Assembly (NCBI GenBank): GCA_001915025.1
Contig: MNDR01000081.1
Location: 18,814 to 82,813, forward strand
Source: Gemmatimonadetes bacterium 13_2_20CM_2_65_7
Lineage (GTDB): Bacteria; Gemmatimonadota; Gemmatimonadetes; Gemmatimonadales; GWC2-71-9
Length of the DNA: 64,000 nucleotides
Direction of reading: 5' to 3'
The notes below the pieces were generated by a model, which was not told the origin of the DNA, ran no database searches, and saw only the letters and a program-made list of their open reading frames with translations. Positions 63,075 to 64,000 of this stretch are shown here, piece after piece. How positions within the stretch are numbered: the first letter of the stretch is position 1; each line of letters begins with the position of its first letter. A program made the position numbers and the translations under genes.

Positions 63075-63491
63075 ATGCGCGTACACAATGCGGTAATCGC
63101 TCTCATCACACTTGCCTCTTTGGCGGGCTGTAGCAGCAGCAGCTACAGCACCGGCGTCGGTGGGGGCGGGGGCGGGGGTGGGGGTGGGGGTGGAGGGGCG
63201 GTCGGATCTATCGCCGTGGGCGCTGCCATTCAGTTCACGAGTGCGCACAACGGCAGCCGGAATCCGGCTGTGGATACGATCGCGGTCGGCGGGACGGCGA
63301 CGTGGACCTGGGATCCGAATTCTGGCGCCTATGCCGGGCACAGCGTGCGCTCGGTGGGGTCCGCGAGATTCGCGAGCAGCGCGGTGAAGTCGAGCGGCAC
63401 CTACGCGGTCACATTCGACACGACCGGAGTCTATCACTACGACTGCGCCGTGCACGGCAGTGCGATGACGGGAACGATCGTAGTGCGCTAA
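63075..63491 (+). CDS. Cupredoxin (plastocyanin/azurin-like) lipoprotein with poly-Gly linker
   Basis: GAGGAG SD. Lipobox LASLAGC. G13 linker. Cu site ...GHSV...YHYDCAVHGSAMTGTIVV. Confidence 0.7.
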   Translation: MRVHNAVIALITLASLAGCSSSSYSTGVGGGGGGGGGGGGGAVGSIAVGAAIQFTSAHNGSRNPAVDTIAVGGTATWTWDPNSGAYAGHSVRSVGSARFASSAVKSSGTYAVTFDTTGVYHYDCAVHGSAMTGTIVVR

Positions 63492-63543
63492 TCAACGTTC
63501 GGGCGGAGTAGCACGCTCTTCTCGGAGGCTGCATACTCCGCCC

Positions 63544-64000
63544 ATGCGAATCTCATCCGTCATTCTCGGCTTCGCCGCGGTCTGGTCGACCGCCATGGCA
63601 CAATCGCCAGACGTCAGCTCCGCGCTGCGCTGGCGCTCGATCGGTCCCGCGCGCGCAGGCCGCGCACGCGCTTCGAGCGGCGCGTCGGGGCATCCGACCG
63701 TCCTGTACATCGGCTTCGACAACGGCGGCCTGTGGCGCTCGAGCGACTACGGCTCCAACTGGGAGCCGCTCTTCGATCGCGAAGCGACCGGCTCGATCGG
63801 CGCGATCGCCGTCGCGCCGTCCAATCCCAACATCATCTACGTCGGTACTGGCGCCGGCATCATCCGTCCCGACCTCGCGACGGGCAACGGCGTCTACAAA
63901 TCGACGGATGCCGGCCGCACCTGGACGCACTTGGGTCTCGATTCGACGCTGATGATCGCGATGGTCGACGTCGACCCCACCAACCCCGATCGCCTCTTCG
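63544..64000 (+). CDS. BNR/Asp-box (sortilin/VPS10-like) repeat protein, N-terminal part (runs off the right edge)
   Basis: Absent from the ORF track. ATG 63544: MRISSVILGFAAVWSTAMAQ signal peptide, then WRSIGP...GGLWRSSDYGSNWEPL...GVYKSTDAGRTWTHLG (Asp-box S.D.G.TW repeats). Confidence 0.6.
   Translation, partial: MRISSVILGFAAVWSTAMAQSPDVSSALRWRSIGPARAGRARASSGASGHPTVLYIGFDNGGLWRSSDYGSNWEPLFDREATGSIGAIAVAPSNPNIIYVGTGAGIIRPDLATGNGVYKSTDAGRTWTHLGLDSTLMIAMVDVDPTNPDRLF

Noticed and set aside
63502-63544. Inverted repeat GGGCGGAGTA...TACTCCGCCC after the cupredoxin gene, considered as a terminator
   Set aside because: The loop is 23 nt, there is no U-tract, and the 3' arm abuts the next start codon. 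It may have some structural role, but it cannot be called a terminator.
1-64000. Searched for CRISPR arrays, rRNA, tRNA, IS elements, integrases, prophage genes and toxin-antitoxin pairs
   Set aside because: No regularly spaced direct repeats. No transposase, integrase or phage-like translations in any frame of the ORF track. No terminal inverted repeats flanking any block.

Overview
GC-rich (about two-thirds G+C by eye) chromosomal segment, densely packed with short operons whose genes often overlap stop-to-start. The gene content (SusC/SusD pair, DUF4397, CBM9/DUF5916, many lipoproteins and secreted proteins) suggests a Gemmatimonadota- or Acidobacteriota-like soil bacterium; this is inference only. 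I found no rRNA, tRNA, CRISPR array, transposase or integrase.

Main blocks, left to right:
- Sugar ABC transporter and Mrp/ApbC.
- A selenocysteine-containing formate dehydrogenase operon with fdhE (2995-9168).
- A nagB / ABC-2 exporter / GH30 operon.
- A diguanylate cyclase, and a SusC/SusD locus.
- AlkZ/YcaQ-like glycosylase, Ser/Thr kinase-BRCT, and a SARP-STAND-TPR regulator.
- glpFK.
- An 878-aa coiled-coil protein.
- An osmoprotectant ABC transporter with OsmC.
- A GH2-mutarotase fusion.
- A stress cluster (Dps, zf-UBP, cNMP-TrxR, Csp).
- ECF sigma, anti-sigma factor and two cupredoxin genes.

The most interesting locus is a compact minus-strand operon at 43487-47796. It encodes an unannotated 30-codon ORF (MQIVETQELVPSCHRPEIVETSELQPTCHS, a tandem P[ST]CH repeat). 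That ORF is followed by an aldo/keto-reductase-like protein that lacks the catalytic Asp/Tyr segment and has a PqqD-like tail. Next come a DUF692/MNIO-family enzyme, a partner protein with an RRE-like winged helix, and an MFS transporter. Together this looks like an undescribed MNIO-type RiPP system.

Second theme: several conserved genes carry internal deletions or frameshifts (FdhB, an ABC ATPase, an OsmC paralog, a beta-propeller gene, a DUF4382-like gene). This points to gene decay or assembly problems.

All family assignments come from reading the translations by eye. No searches were run.
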